A stretch of DNA of 64,000 nucleotides, taken from Eledone cirrhosa. Its lineage: Eukaryota. The notes under the pieces are model-generated. The model was given only the letters and a program-made list of their open reading frames with translations. It did no database searches and had not been told where the DNA came from. Below are positions 28,104-43,638 of this stretch, piece after piece; the first letter of the stretch is position 1, and each line of letters starts with the position of its first letter. A program made the translations under genes and the position numbers. Location: contig OZ024760.1 in the NCBI GenBank assembly GCA_964016885.1, positions 5,704,001-5,768,000 of the forward strand, given 5' to 3'.

Positions 28104-28401
28104 ATGACTTTCTATGGGAGCTTCCCAAAAGTCATCTCGAAAGTAACACAGAGGAGACTGAGGTTAGCTGGACATGCTCACCGACATTCAGAGTTGACAC
28201 TGCACTCAGTGCTCCTGTGGGAGCTCCTACATGGACACACTAGAAGAGGGAGACCGAGGTTGATGTATGTTGATGCCCTAAGGACAGACACAGGTCTCTT
28301 GGAGATGCAGGGCATGGCGGCAATGATGAAGGACAGAGACCGCTGGAGAGAATTCATCGATGGATGTCAGGAATTTTAACCACCCTAGATAGATAGATAG
28401 A
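28104..28401 (+). pseudogene. RTE-like LINE 3' end with (TAGA)n tail
   Basis: RRLRLAGHAHRH...RRGRPRLMYVD...DRDRWR C-terminal motifs followed by TAGATAGATAGAT. Confidence 0.8.
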
Positions 28402-28407
28402 TTTCTA

Positions 28408-29130
28408 CATTCTGAGTTCAAATCTTGCTAAAATTAGCTTTGCCTTTCAACCATATGGGGGTTGATAAAATAAAGGTACCAGTTAAGTACTGGGTTGATA
28501 TAATAGACTTTCCCCTTCTTCCAAATTGTTGGTTAGAGCATTGGGCTTGCAATCGAAAGGTTGTGAGTTCAATTCTTGGACCGGGTGATGTGTTGTTTCC
28601 TTGAGCAAGACACTTTATTTCACATTGCTCCAGTTTACTCAGCTGTAGAAATGAGATGATAGGACTGGGGTCCATATCATTAAATCACCCAAGACACCTC
28701 CAACGAGATATACCTTGGAGGAGGCCAGCTAAACCAGCGCAAGTGTGAGCTGTAACATACATACATACTAGTGTGAATGTTAGAAAAAATTATTAAATTT
28801 TGTGTGTGAAGGAGGTGGATTGTCAGTAATCGGTAGAGCGTCGGACGACATGCTTTGTGGTATTTAGTTACATCCCTTAACGTTCTGAGCTCAAATCCTG
28901 CTGAAGTTAGCTTTGCCTTGTTTTATAAGCTATTTTATAGCACTTGAGCATCAGACACCATGCTTTACAGCATAGAGTTATGGCCCTTTACGTTCTGAGT
29001 TCAAATCCCACCGAGGTTAACTTTGCCTTTCATTCTTACAGGGTTGATAAAATAAAGCACCAGTAATGCATTGGGGTTGATTTAATCGACTTTCCACTCC
29101 TCCCAAATTGTTGGCCTTGTGCCTAAATCA
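28408..29130 (+). mobile_element. Cluster of SINE C and SINE A fragments
   Basis: SINE C pieces at 28408-28530 and 28808-29130; SINE A piece at 28530-28675. Confidence 0.7.
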
Positions 29131-29594
29131 AAAATCATCATTATTATTATTATAAGAGATATACAATGACCATCTCTTGTCCTATTATGTTGTCAGCTGC
29201 AATAAAATATTGCAATTAGCCTGACATATACCCCCACACCTGCCCCTAACTGAAAGCCACTTCCTTAAGCAAAATAACAAAAGTTGTGTTCAACAATGGA
29301 GCTATTTTGTATTTAGATTTCAACGACTGTAATTTATATATTTATTACAATCCTTCACAAGTTTTAAAAAATGTTGTATTAATTATTTTAACCAAAGAAA
29401 TACCAAGATTGGAAGTTCTATATATGATTAAAGGTCTACCAAATATAAACAAAATCTTTGAGAACATGGAAGCAATGCAAAGATTCAACAGAGACTTCTA
29501 GCTGTTTTACAGCTTCCCCCATTTCTTATTTTCCCTTTCTTTTTCATTTTCTTATACACAATCTGCCTCTCATTGGCCTTCAACATTTGGAATT

Positions 29595-29930
29595 TTTATT
29601 TTTATTATTATTTTATTTTATTTCTTTTTATTGTTATTTTTTTTTATTATTTCTTTTTATTTTATTTCTTTTTATTTTATTTCTTTTTATTTTTATCTTA
29701 TTTATTTTTATTTTATTTATTTTTATTTTATTTTATTTATTTTTATTTATTTTTATTTTTATCTTATTTATTTTTATTTTATTTTATTTATTTTTATTTT
29801 ATTTATTTTTAATTCATTTATTTTTATTTTATTTATTTTTATTTTATTTATTTCTTTTTATTTTTATCTTATTTATTTTTATTTTATTTATTTTTATTGT
29901 ATTTATTTTTATTTTATTTATTTTTATGGA
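29595..29930. repeat. (TTTTA)n-type low-complexity tract
   Basis: Direct reading. Confidence 0.9.
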
Positions 29931-30270
29931 TTTTTCCCCTTTTTTAATTAATTTTTTTATTGTCACATTAGCTCTTTTTGATTACCAACTGCATAAGGAG
30001 TACTTGCTATTTTCCCCAAGTCTGTCATGGTTTACTAGCTCTATACAGACGTTTAAATTGATTAATTAAATAAATACCTGCCCCTGTTGTTAATAACTGT
30101 TGATGTTTCAAATATTAGGATCTTGTGAAAAGATGAGAGGGGAAAAGGAAAAGAAAAAGGACACTAAAAAAGTGAAAATATGCTAGCGTGGAAGATGGAC
30201 ATTAAACGATGATGATGACAATGTTGAACACTTGAATAATCTCTAAGGATTCTTTATTTTTGAACAGCAT

Positions 30271-31720
30271 GTGGTTAATTTATATCTGACCGTTGTTGTT
30301 GTTGTGGTGGTGGTGGTTGTGGTGGTTGTTGTTGTGGTGGTGGTGGTGGGTGGTGGTTGTTGTGGCTAATTTATATCTGACGGTTGTTGTTGTTGTGGTG
30401 GTGTTGGTGGTTGTTGTTGTGGTGGTGGTTGTGGTGGTTGTTGTGGCTAATTTATATCTGACGGTTGTTGTTGTGGTGGTGGTGGTGGTTGTCGTTGTTG
30501 TGGCTAATTTATATCTGATGGTTGTTGTTGTGGTGGTGGTGGTTGTTGTGGTGGTTGTGGTGGTGGTTGTGGTGGTTGTGGTTGTTGTGGTGGTTGTTGT
30601 GGTGGTGGGTGGTGGTGGTTGTCGTTGTTGTGGCTAATTTATATCTGACGGTTGTTGTTGTTGTGGTGTTGGTGGTTGTTGTGGTGGTTGTGGTGGTGGT
30701 GGTGGTTGTGGTGGTTGTTGTGGTGGTGGTGGTGGTTGTCGTTGTTGTGGCTAATTTATATCTGACCATTGTTGTTGTTGTGGTGGTTGTGGTGGTTGTT
30801 GTTGTTGTGGTGGTGGTGGTGGTTGTGGTGGTTGTTGTGGTGGTTGTGGTGGTGGTGGTGGTTGTGGTGGTTGTTGTGGTGGTGGTGGTGGTTGTCGTTG
30901 TTGTGGCTAATTTATATCTGACCGTTGTTGGTGTTGTGGTGGTGGTGGTTGTTGTGGTGGTTGTTGTTGTGGTGGTGGTGGTGGTGGTTGTTGTGGTGAT
31001 GGTGGTGGTGGTTGTCGTTGTTGTTGTTGTGGCTAATTTATATCTGACGGTTGTTGTTGTGGTGTTGGTGGTTGTGGTGGTTGTTGTGGTGGTGGTGGTG
31101 GTGGTTGTTGTGGCTAATTTATATCCGACGGTTGTTGTTGTTGTTGTGGTGTTGGTGGTTGTTGTGGTGGTTGTTGTGGTGGTTGTTGTGGTGGTGGTGG
31201 TTGTTGTGGTGGTTGTTGTGGTGGTGGTGGTGGTGGTTGTCGTTGTTGTGGCTAATTTATATCTGACGGTTGTTGTTGTTGTGGTGTTGGTGGTTGTTGT
31301 GGTGGTTGTTGTGGTGGTTGTGGCTAATTTATATCTGACGGTTGTTGTTGTTGTGGTGTTGGTGGTTGTCGTAGTTGTTGTGGCTAATTTATATCTGACG
31401 GTTGTTGTTGCTGTGGTGGTGATGCTGTGGATGTTGTGGTCACTGTGGTTGTTGTGATGGTAGTGGTTGTTGTTGTGATGGTAGTGGTTGTTATTGTGAT
31501 GGTAGTGGTTGTTGTTATTGTGGTGGTTCTTGTTGTTGTCATTGTGGTGGTTCTTGTTGTTGTCATTGTGGTTGTTATTATTGTTGTTGTTGTTGTAGTT
31601 GTGGTGGCTGTTGTGGTTGTTATTGTTGTTGTTGTGGTGGCTGTTGTTGTGGCTGTTGTTGTTATTGTTGTTGTAGTTGTTGTTGTGGTGGTGGCTGTTG
31701 TTGTTGTGGTGGTTGTTTAG
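30271..31720. repeat. (GTT/GGT)n array punctuated about 12 times by GGCTAATTTATATCTGAC
   Basis: Conserved 18-19 nt motif separated by variable-length trinucleotide runs. Confidence 0.92.
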
Positions 31721-31824
31721 TGGTGGTTGTCATTGTGCATCTCAGAATTATTGACATTTGAATAATACATGATATGATCATTGCTGCTGCTGCTGGATGC
31801 CATATGCAGTTGTGTGCATGCAGT

Positions 31825-32203
<379 letters not shown>

Positions 32204-32399
32204 ATGTGTATGTGTGTGCACATGTTTATAAACTTTTGCTAAGTTATATTCCAAACATCACCTCACCTTAATAATAAGAAAGTTAGTTATTTTACTAAAT
32301 CTGTCCAAATTTTTTTATTATTTTTGAAATGATTTGAATACCCTGGCAGTGTCTTTCGTTGGGAATATATTAATGAAATGGTTAAATACAATCTCAAAG

Positions 32400-33010
32400 A
32401 AAACATTGAGAAGAGAGTGTTAATAGCTATAGATACTACATTTAAAGTCAATCAACAATAAACAATATGGAAGAGAGTGTTACTAGTTATACATACTATA
32501 TTTAAAGTTACCAGAAAATATTGAGAAGAGAATGTTAATAGCTATAAATACTACATTTAAAGTCAACAATAAACAATATGGAAGAGAGTGTTACTAGTTA
32601 TACATACTATATTTAAAGTTACCAGAAAATATTGAGAAGAGAATGTTAATAGCTATAAATACTACATTTAAAGTCAACAATAAACAATATGGAAGAGAGT
32701 GTTACTAGTTATACATACTATATTTAAAGTTACCAGAAAATATTGAGAAGAGAATGTTAATAGCTATAAATACTACATTTAAAGTCAACAATAAACAATA
32801 TGGAAGAGAGTGTTACTAGTTATACATACTATATTTAAAGTTACCAGAAAATATTGAGAAGAGAATGTTAATAGCTATAAATACTACATTTAAAGTCAAC
32901 AATAAACAATATGGAAGAGAGTGTTACTAGTTATACATACTATATTTAAAGTTACCAGAAAATATTGAGAAGAGAATGTTAATAGTTATAGAGACAATAC
33001 TTGAAGTTAC
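32400..33010. repeat. 111-bp tandem repeat (about 5.5 copies) built from two diverged halves of about 55 bp
   Basis: CCAGAAAATATTGAG recurs at 32511, 32622 and 32733; both halves contain GAAGAG..TGTTA.TAG.TATA.ATACTA.ATTTAAAGT. Confidence 0.93.
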
Positions 33011-33624
33011 AAGAATGTTGGCAAGACAATGGCTGCCATAAAATGGTGTAATATTTTTGGTTTACAGAAAAATGTGTGAATTCTTTTTATACTCTTATGT
33101 TTTTATTTTTATATTTATTTTTAAATTTCATTTCATTAGTCATGAATGATTGATCAGTTTTATTGATACACTGGTTAAAGGTTGTGTTGTATATATTGAA
33201 TGTAATATAGCTGCAAGACTTCTGGACTCTTGGGAAATAGAAATGTTGATACTAACAAAATATAAATACATGCTATGATATAATGAATTTATTATTTGAT
33301 TCTGTCCTCTTCTATTAAGCAGGTCAGTTGGTCGTTTTGTTGCCATGATAAAAAGCACCCAGTCCACACTGTAAACGTGTGCACTTGTGTTTGTGCATGT
33401 CTGTATGTGTCTGTTTGTGCATGTGTTGGTGTGTGTTGGTGTGTTTCTGTGTTTGTTGATGTGTGTGTGTGTATGTGTGTGTACATAGCAGTGTTACAGA
33501 AGGGTCACTACCAGTTTGGTGACAAGCCCCACAGGCACAGAAATGTCAAACAGCTGGCAATATCGAAGATCCACACAGAGTGGTGAACCTGTGTAAACTC
33601 AGCCTGATTAGATGATACACTAAG

Positions 33625-36600
33625 AGAACTCTACACCAACACCACTCTACACCAACACCACTCTACACCAACAGAACTACACCAACACCACTCTACACCA
33701 ACACCATTCTACACCAACACGATTCAACACCAACACCACTCTACACCAATACTACCCTACCCCAACACCACTCTACACCAACACCACTCTACACCAACAC
33801 CACTCTACACCAACACTACCCTACCCCAACACCACTCTACACCAACAAAACTCTACACCAACAGAACTCTACACCAACACTACTCTACACCAACAAAACT
33901 CTACACCAACAGAACTCTACACCAACAGAACTCTACACCAACACTACTCTACACCAACACCATTCTACACCAACACTACTCTACACCAACACACCTCTAC
34001 ACCAACACTACCCTACCCCAACACCACTCCACACCAACACTACCCCAACACTACTCTACCCCAACACTACTCTACACCAACAGAACTCTACACCAACACA
34101 ACTCTACACCAACACTACTCTACACCAACACCACTCTACACCAACACCACTCTACACCAACACCACTCTACACCAACACTACTCTACACCAACAGAACTC
34201 TACACCAACACCACTCTACACCAACACCACTCTACACCAACACCACTCTACACCAACACCACTCTACACCAACACTACTCTACACCAACACTACTCTACA
34301 CCAACACTACTCTACACCAACACCACTCTACACCAACAGAACTCTACACCAACACCACTCTACACCAACACCACTCTACACCAACACAACTCTACACCAA
34401 CACTACCCTACCCCAACACCACTCCACACCAACACTACCCCAACACTACTCTACCCCAACACTACTCTACACCAACAGAACTCTACACCAACACAACTCT
34501 ACACCAACACAACTCTACACCAACACTACTCTACACCAACACCACTCTACACCAACACCACTCTACACCAACACCACTCTACACCAACACTACTCTACAC
34601 CAACACTACTCTACACCAACAGAACTCTACACCAACACCACTCTACACCAACACCACTCTACACCAACACCACTCTACACCAACACCACTCTACACCAAC
34701 ACTACTCTACACCAACACTACTCTACACCAACACCACTCTACACCAACACCACTCTACACCAACACCACTCTACACCAACACCACTCTACACCAACACCA
34801 CTCTACACCAACACCACTCTACACCAACACCACTCTACACCAACACCACTCTACACCAACACCACTCTACACCAACACCACTCTACACCAACACCACTCT
34901 ACACCAACACCACTCTACACCAACACCACTCTACACCAACACCACTCTACACCAACACCACTCTACACCAACACCACTCTACACCAACACCACTCTACAC
35001 CAACACCACTCTACACCAACACCACTCTACACCAACACTACTCTACACCAACACTACACTACACCAACACTACACTACACCACTCTACACCAACACCACT
35101 CTACACCAACACCACTCTACACCAACACTACTCTACACCAACACTACTCTACACCAACACCACTCTACACCAACACCACTCTACACCAACACCACTCTAC
35201 ACCAACACTACTCTACACCAACACCACTCTACACCAACACCACTCTACACCAACACCACTCTACACCAACACTACTCTACACCAACACTACTCTACACCA
35301 ACACTACTCTACACCAACACCACTCTACACCAACACCACTCTACACCAACACTACTCTACACCAACAGAACTCTACACCAACACCACTCTACACCAACAC
35401 CACTCTACACCAACACCACTCTACACCAACACCACTCTACACCAACACCACTCTACACCAACACCACTCTACACCAACACCACTCTACACCAACACCACT
35501 CTACACCAACACTACTCTACACCAACACTACACTACACCAACACTACACTACACCAACACCACTCTACACCAACACCACTCTACACCAACACCACTCTAC
35601 ACCAACACTACTCTACACCAACACTACTCTACACCAACACCACTCTACACCAACACTACTCTACACCAACACTACTCTACACCAACAGAACTCTACACCA
35701 ACACCACTCTACACCAACACCACTCTACACCAACACTACTCTACACCAACACTACTCTACACCAACACCACTCTACACCAACACCACTCTACACCAACAC
35801 CACTCTACACCAACACTACTCTACACCAACACTACACTACACCAACACCACTCTACACCAACACCACTCTACACCAACACTACTCTACACCAACACCACT
35901 CTACACCAACACCACTCTACACCAACACCACTCTACACCAACACCACTCTACACCAACACCACTCTACACCAACACCACTCTACACCAACACCACTCTAC
36001 ACCAACACCACTCTACACCAACACCACTCTACACCAACACTACTCTACACCAACACTACACTACACCAACACTACACTACACCAACACCACTCTACACCA
36101 ACACCACTCTACACCAACACCACTCTACACCAACACCACTCTACACCAACACCACTCTACACCAACAGAACTCTACAACAACACCACTCTACACCAACAG
36201 AACTCTACACCAACACCACTCTACACCAACACCACTCTACAACACCACTCTACACCAACACCACTATACACCAACAGAACTATACACCAACACCACTCCA
36301 CACCAACACTACTACACCAACAGAACTCTACATCAACAGAACTCTACACCAACACCACTCTACACCAACACTACTCTACACCAACACTACTCTACACCAA
36401 CACTACTCTACACCAACACCACTCTACACCAACACAACTCTACACCAACACCACTCTACACCAACACCACTCTACACCAACACCACTCTACACCAACACT
36501 ACTCTACACCAACACCACTCTACACCAACACCACTCTACACCAACACCACTCTACACCAACACCACTCTACAACACCACTCTACACCAACACCACTCTAC

Positions 36601-38205
36601 ACCAACACTACTCTACACCAACACTACTCTACACCAACACCACTCTACACCAACACTACCCTACCCCAACACCACTCTACACCAACACTACTCTACCCCC
36701 AACATTACTCTACACCAACAAAACTCTACACCAACAGAACTCTACACCACTCTACACCAACACTACTCTACACCAACAAAACTCTACACCAACAGAACTC
36801 TACACCAACACTACTCTACACCAACACCACTCTACACCAACACCACTCTACACCAACACTACTCTACACCAACAAAACTCTACACCAACACTACCCTACC
36901 CCAACACCACTCCACACCAACACTACCCCAACACCACTCTACACCAACACTACTCTACCCCAACAAAACTCTACACCAACAGAACTCTACACCAACAGAA
37001 CTCTACACCAACAGAACTCTACACCAACAGAACTCTACACCAACACAACTCTACACCAACACAACTCTACACCAACACTACTCTACACCAACACCACTCT
37101 ACACCAACACCACTCTACACTAACACCACTCTACACCAACACCACTCTACACCAACACTACTCTACACCAACACTACTCTACACCAACACTACTCTACAC
37201 CAACACCACTCTACACCAACACTACTCTACACCAACACCACTACACCACTCTACACCTGCACCACTCTACACCAACACCACTCTACACCAACACTACTCT
37301 ACACCAACACTACACTACACCAACACCACTCTACACCAACACCACTCTACACCAACAGAACTCTACACCAACACCACTCTACACCAACACCACTCTACAC
37401 CAACACCACTCTACACCAACAGAACTCTACAACAACACCACTCTACACCAACACCACTCTACACCAACAGAACTCTACAACACCACTCTACACCAACACC
37501 ACTCTACACCAACAGAACTCTACACCAACACCACTCCACACCAACACTACTACACCAACAGAACTCTACACCAACAGAACTCTACACCAACACCACTCTA
37601 CACCAACACCACTCTACACCAACACTACTCTACACCAACACCACTCTACACCAACACCACTCTACACCAACACTACTCTACACCAACACTACTCTACACC
37701 AACACCACTCTACACCAACAGAACTCTACAACAACACCACTCTACACCAACACCACTCTACACCAACAGAACTCTACAACACCACTCTACACCAACAGAA
37801 CTCTACACCAACACCACTATACACCAACAGAACTATACACCAACACCACTCCACACCAACAGAACTCTACACCAACAGAACTCTACACCAACAGAACTCT
37901 ACACCAACACCACTCTACACCAACAAAACTCTCCACCAACAGAACTCTCCACCAACAGAACTCTCCACCAACAGAACTCTACACCAACAGAACTCTACAC
38001 CAACACCACTCCACACCAACAAAACTCTCCACCAACAGAACTCTCCACCAACAGAACTCTACACCAACAGAACTCTACACCAACAGAACTCTACACCAAC
38101 AGAACTCTACACCAACAGAACTCTACACCACCAGAACTCTACACCAACAGAACTCTACACCAACACCACTCTACACCAACAGAACTCTACACCAACACCA
38201 CTCTA
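33625..38205. repeat. 16-bp minisatellite ACACCAACACCACTCT with variant units, about 4.6 kb
   Basis: Interspersed CAC/TAC/GAA/AAA variants. Confidence 0.97.
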
Positions 38206-38536
38206 AAGAATCACCACTTAACTACACCAACACTACTCAGCTACAGTAATAGCTCAACACATTACTATTATATATATAATAAGTGTTTTTTGATAACAAA
38301 TAACAAAGAAACTTGATACATAGATAAATAGATGTTGTATCAGGAAAGATTTTCTTTAAATATACAGATTAAACAATTTACACACTCTGCTATTATATAC
38401 ACACACAAAGTATGCTTATAGACACCCTCTCTGTATACACCTCTCTCTTATACACCTACTTATAGCATAAATAAGTGTGTATATACATATATCATCATCA
38501 TTTAATGGCCATCTTCCATGCTAGCACACACACACA

Positions 38537-38645
<109 letters not shown>

Positions 38646-38650
38646 ATGTG

Positions 38651-38706
<56 letters not shown>

Positions 38707-39047
38707 TGCGTGTGTGTGTGCATGTGTGTATACAACAGCAAATACTGTCAATTCTCTGCTGGACATAGATATATCATCATCATCATCACCGGTTTACGTC
38801 CATTTTTCCATGCTGGAGGAGATGTATAGGAGGGTGTGTGTGTGTATATATATGTGTGTGTTGTGTGTGTGTATATATGTGTGTGTTGTGTGTGTATGTG
38901 TATGCATATATGTATGTGTATGTGTTTATATATGTGTGTATGTGTATGTATATGTGTATATATATGTGTGTATATGTGTGCCTGTGTTATATGTATAAGT
39001 GTGTGTGTATGGGTTATGTATATGTGTGTATATATATATATGTGTGT

Positions 39048-39099
<52 letters not shown>

Positions 39100-39179
39100 A
39101 TATCATCAACATCACCATTTAATATCCATTTTTCCATGCTGGTATGGAAAAATGGATATTAAACGCTGATGATGATGAT

Positions 39180-39233
<54 letters not shown>

Positions 39234-39534
39234 GTGCGTGTATATATATATATGTGTGTGCATATATATATATATATATATATTTATGTGTGTGCGTGTA
39301 TATATATATTTGTGTGTGTGCGTGTATATATATGTATATATATGTATGTGTGTATATATATGTATGTAGGTCCCCACCAGAGAATACTTCAGAATATAAA
39401 CAAAAGACAGTTTAAACATGAACCAACAGAGACACCACAAGTTACAAATATGGATGATAAGTAGACAACAGAAACAGTGGTGTAATATATATATACATAA
39501 ATATATATACATATATATACATAAATATATATAT

Positions 39535-39790
39535 CATCATCATCATCGTTTAACGTCCATCTTCCACGCTTGCATGGGTTTGGACAGGAGTTTTCCCACT
39601 TGAAGCAAGATTGGTTGTCTTGCTCGTGTAGGACTGTCTGGCAGGTTTTCTACGGCTGGATTCCCTTCCTAACACCAACCACATTTACACACCAACCACA
39701 TTTACAGTGTGGAACTGGGAGGGTTTTACCATGTTACCTACACGGCCACATTACAGCGTGGACTGTGTGTTTTTTTTTCGTGACACCTAC
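39535..39790 (-). mobile_element. Diverged SINE 3' fragment
   Basis: (CAT)nCGTTTAACGTCCATCTTCCACGCT...TTCCTAACACCAACC. Confidence 0.65.
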
Positions 39791-39930
39791 ACTTATGTAT
39801 ATATATATATATATATTTATGTATATATATATATACATAAATATATATATATATTTATGTATATATATATACATAAATATATATATATCATCATCATCAT
39901 TTGATGATATATATATATATATATATATAT

Positions 39931-40433
39931 ATCATCATCATCATTTTACGTCCGCTTTTCCCTGCTTGCAAGGGTGGGACGGGTCTTATTCAGCACAGCA
40001 TCTCTCCACTCGTCACGGTCCTTCGTCATCTCCACCGTGAGCTTCAATGATCTGAGGTCTGTTCTCACCACCTCCGCCCATATTTTTTGTGGTCTACCTC
40101 TACCACGTCTTCCTTCAACTGGCATTTCCTGGCACTTCTTGACCCATCGGTCATCCTCCATGCGCATCACATGTCCATACCACCTCAGTCTCCTCTCCCG
40201 CACACTACATTCTATCCCTCTCAGACACAGTTTCTCTCTCAACACATTTATGCTTGGTCGTTCACGCACATTTACACTGCACATCCAACGGAGCATGCTT
40301 GCTTCATTTCTCTCCAGCCGTCTCATATCTTCTGCAGTTGCTGCCCATGTCACACTACCATGCAGCATCGCGCTCCTCACACAGGCATCATACAACCGGT
40401 CTTTCGTACGCAGGGAGAAACCCTTCTTTGTCA
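39931..40433 (-). pseudogene. 5'-truncated RTE-clade LINE, likely partner of SINE A
   Basis: [20 protein letters not shown]...[12 protein letters not shown]...[12 protein letters not shown]...DRDEWR; 3' end CCCACCCTTGCAAGCAGGGAAAAGCGGACGTAAAA(TGA)n is shared with SINE A. Confidence 0.88.
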
Positions 40434-40706
40434 TATATATATACATAAATATATATATATACATAAATATATATATAGATAAATATATATATAGATAAAT
40501 ATATATATATATACATAAATATATAAAGAAATACATAAATATATATATACATAAATATATATATAGATAAATATATATATATATACATAAATATATAAAG
40601 AAATACATAAATATATATATAGATAAATATATATATATATAGATAAATATATATATATATATACATAAATATATAAAGAAATACATAAATATATATATAT
40701 ATATAC

Positions 40707-40747
<41 letters not shown>

Positions 40748-40862
40748 AATATATATATATATATATACATAAATATATATATATATATATACATAAATAT
40801 ATATATATATATATATACATAAATATATATATATATATACATAAATATATATATATATATAC

Positions 40863-40897
<35 letters not shown>

Positions 40898-41395
40898 AAT
40901 ATATATATATATACATAAATATATATATATATATATACATAAATATATATATATATATATATACATAAATATATATATATATATATACATAAATATATAT
41001 ATATACATAAATATATATATATATATATACACATAAATATATATATATATATATATACATAAATATATATATACAATATATATATATATATACATAAATA
41101 TATATATATATATATATATACAATATATATATATATATACATAAATATATAAAATATATAAATACATAAATATATATATATATATATATATACAATATAT
41201 ATATATACATAAATATATATATATATATATACATAAATATATATATATATACATAAATATATATATGCAAAGTTTTATTTAAATTGTTGGGTTACAACGA
41301 GTAAATATTTATAACTGATATAAAAGCACTCAACAAGTATTTGGAGTATATTTACGATATTAAATAAATGGAAACTATATTTATAAAACCATATT

Positions 41396-41461
41396 TATTT
41401 CATTATATATATTTCAGGGATATCATATTAAAAATATGGTATGCCTTCATCAGACAAAATA
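41396..41461 (-). ncRNA. Type-I hammerhead ribozyme
   Basis: Reverse complement of the 41599-41664 motif. Confidence 0.8.
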
Positions 41462-41598
41462 CAATATAAACAGTCTTATAAATAGATAGATTTGACATAC
41501 CTTACAACTTCAACTTCCATTTAAAAAGTTGATTTTTAAATGGAAGTTGAAGGTGTAAGGTATGTCAAATCTATCTATTTATAAGACTGTTTATATTG

Positions 41599-41664
41599 TA
41601 TTTTGTCTGATGAAGGCATACCATATTTTTAATATGATATCCCTGAAATATATATAATGAAATA
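41599..41664 (+). ncRNA. Type-I hammerhead ribozyme
   Basis: TATTTTGT-CTGATGA-[AGG...CATATT-TTT-AATATG...CCT]-GAAA-TATATA-TA-ATGAAATA. Confidence 0.8.
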
Positions 41665-42538
41665 AATATGGTTTTATAAATATAGTTTCCATTTATTTAA
41701 TATCGTACATAAATATATATATATTTATATATACATAAATATATATATATACATAAATATATATATACACATAAATATATATATATATATACATAAATAT
41801 ATATATACATATAAATATATATATATATACATAAATATATATATACACATAAATATATATATAACACCACTGATGATGTTGCAGATGTGCAACGAAAGAT
41901 TTATGTAAATTATGTAAACTATATATATATATATGTGTTTGTGTCTATATTGTATCTGTATTATTTTTGACCGCTGGTCAGTCAATGGCAACATTGAGGA
42001 CCGAGTAAGTTAGATCGCAGATATAAAAGACAGCGAGAAGCGAAAACCAACCAAACAGTGAGTGTGATCTGTTATTAATTCTGGCAATATTACGCAAATA
42101 TGACCCTCCCCAAGTATAAATATATATATATATACATAAATATATATATATACATAAATATATATACATAAATATATATATATATACATAAATATATATA
42201 TATATATTATATACATAAATATATATATATATATATATACATGAATATATATATATACATAAATATATATATATATACATGAATATATATATATACATGA
42301 ATATATATATATACATAAATATATATATATACATAAATATATATATATACATAAATATATATATATACATAAATATTTAAACATAAATATATATATATAC
42401 ATAAATATAATTATATATACATAAATATTTAAACATAAATATATATATATACATAAATATAATTATATATACATAAATAAATATATATATATACATAAAT
42501 ATAATTATATATACATAAATATATATATATATATATAC

Positions 42539-42576
<38 letters not shown>

Positions 42577-42698
42577 AGTTATATTTAAATTGTTGGGTTA
42601 CAACTAGTAAATATTTATAACTGATATAAAAGCACTCAAGTATTTGGAGTATATTTACGATATTAAATAAATGGAAACTATATTTATAAAACCATATT

Positions 42699-42764
42699 TA
42701 TTTCATTATATATATTTCAGGGATATCATATTAACAATATGTTATGCCTTCCTCAGACAAAATA
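42699..42764 (-). ncRNA. Type-I hammerhead ribozyme (CUGAGGA core variant)
   Basis: Reverse complement: TATTTTGT-CTGAGGA-stem II-GAAA-TATATA-TA-ATGAAATA. Confidence 0.8.
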
Positions 42765-43599
42765 CAATATAGACAGTTTTATAGATAAATAGATTTGACA
42801 TACCGTTCAACATCGACTTGTATTTGAAAAAGTTGATTTGGCAGTGAAAAATTGTAAACAGAAAGAAAGAAAGAGAGAAAGAAGGAAAGAAAGAAAGAAA
42901 ACGAAGAAAAAGAAGAAATGCATGCAACAAAATAGAGAGATGGAAAGATAGATAAAGAGAAGAACTTCATGTAAAGAAACAGAGAGATATATATATAGAG
43001 AGAGGAGATAGAGATAGATATATATAGAGAAAAGTAGGTAGTTGAACATCCGTTGGATGAACGTATCAATAATACATTTATTTATTTATTTATTTATTTA
43101 GCTCTAGTATTAATGTAAGGGAGATATATGTGGTTAGGAAAGAAACCAGCCGTTATATAGAGAGAAAAATGAAAAGTAACCAGACATAGGCGAGGCAGAA
43201 TTTAAAAACCCTATGTTTTAATGTAGAAATATTAGTTCGTTAAAAACCAGGCACTATAATGTAAATATCAGTATTCCTGAATGAGACATGTATCCATAAT
43301 GTGTGAAAAGTAATGATCTTATGTCTAGTTTTAAAAATTCATATGTTTATATGATAACTACAAACATCGATGTGAATTTACGTGATCAACTCTGCAAACC
43401 CCTATTTCACACGGAGAACATTCTCATTGTGCTATAAAAATTTAAGTATACATATATGTGTATATATACACATATATATAGAGTCTATATTCATTTTAAC
43501 AATACTATTCTTGTCTTTACTCTACATGATTATCTATCAAGCAGAAATAGAGAACAGATTTCAATATATTAATAAAAAATATCAGAAACAAAAACAAAA

Positions 43600-43638
<39 letters not shown>

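Larger units (their letters stand above)
41267..41707. mobile_element. Fold-back PLE terminal fragment (family of 42573-45026) with tail on the left arm
   Basis: Inverted arms 41353-41527 and 41533-41707; 41267-41530 is nearly identical to 42575-42838. Confidence 0.85.

Noticed and set aside
30271-31400. CRISPR-like look: constant 18-19 nt repeat with variable spacers
   Set aside because: Spacers are (GTT/GGT)n of very unequal length; no cas genes; eukaryotic context
39370-39464. Possible + strand exon (GPHQRILQNINKRQF...)
   Set aside because: Weak splice sites and no recognisable protein; cannot be supported
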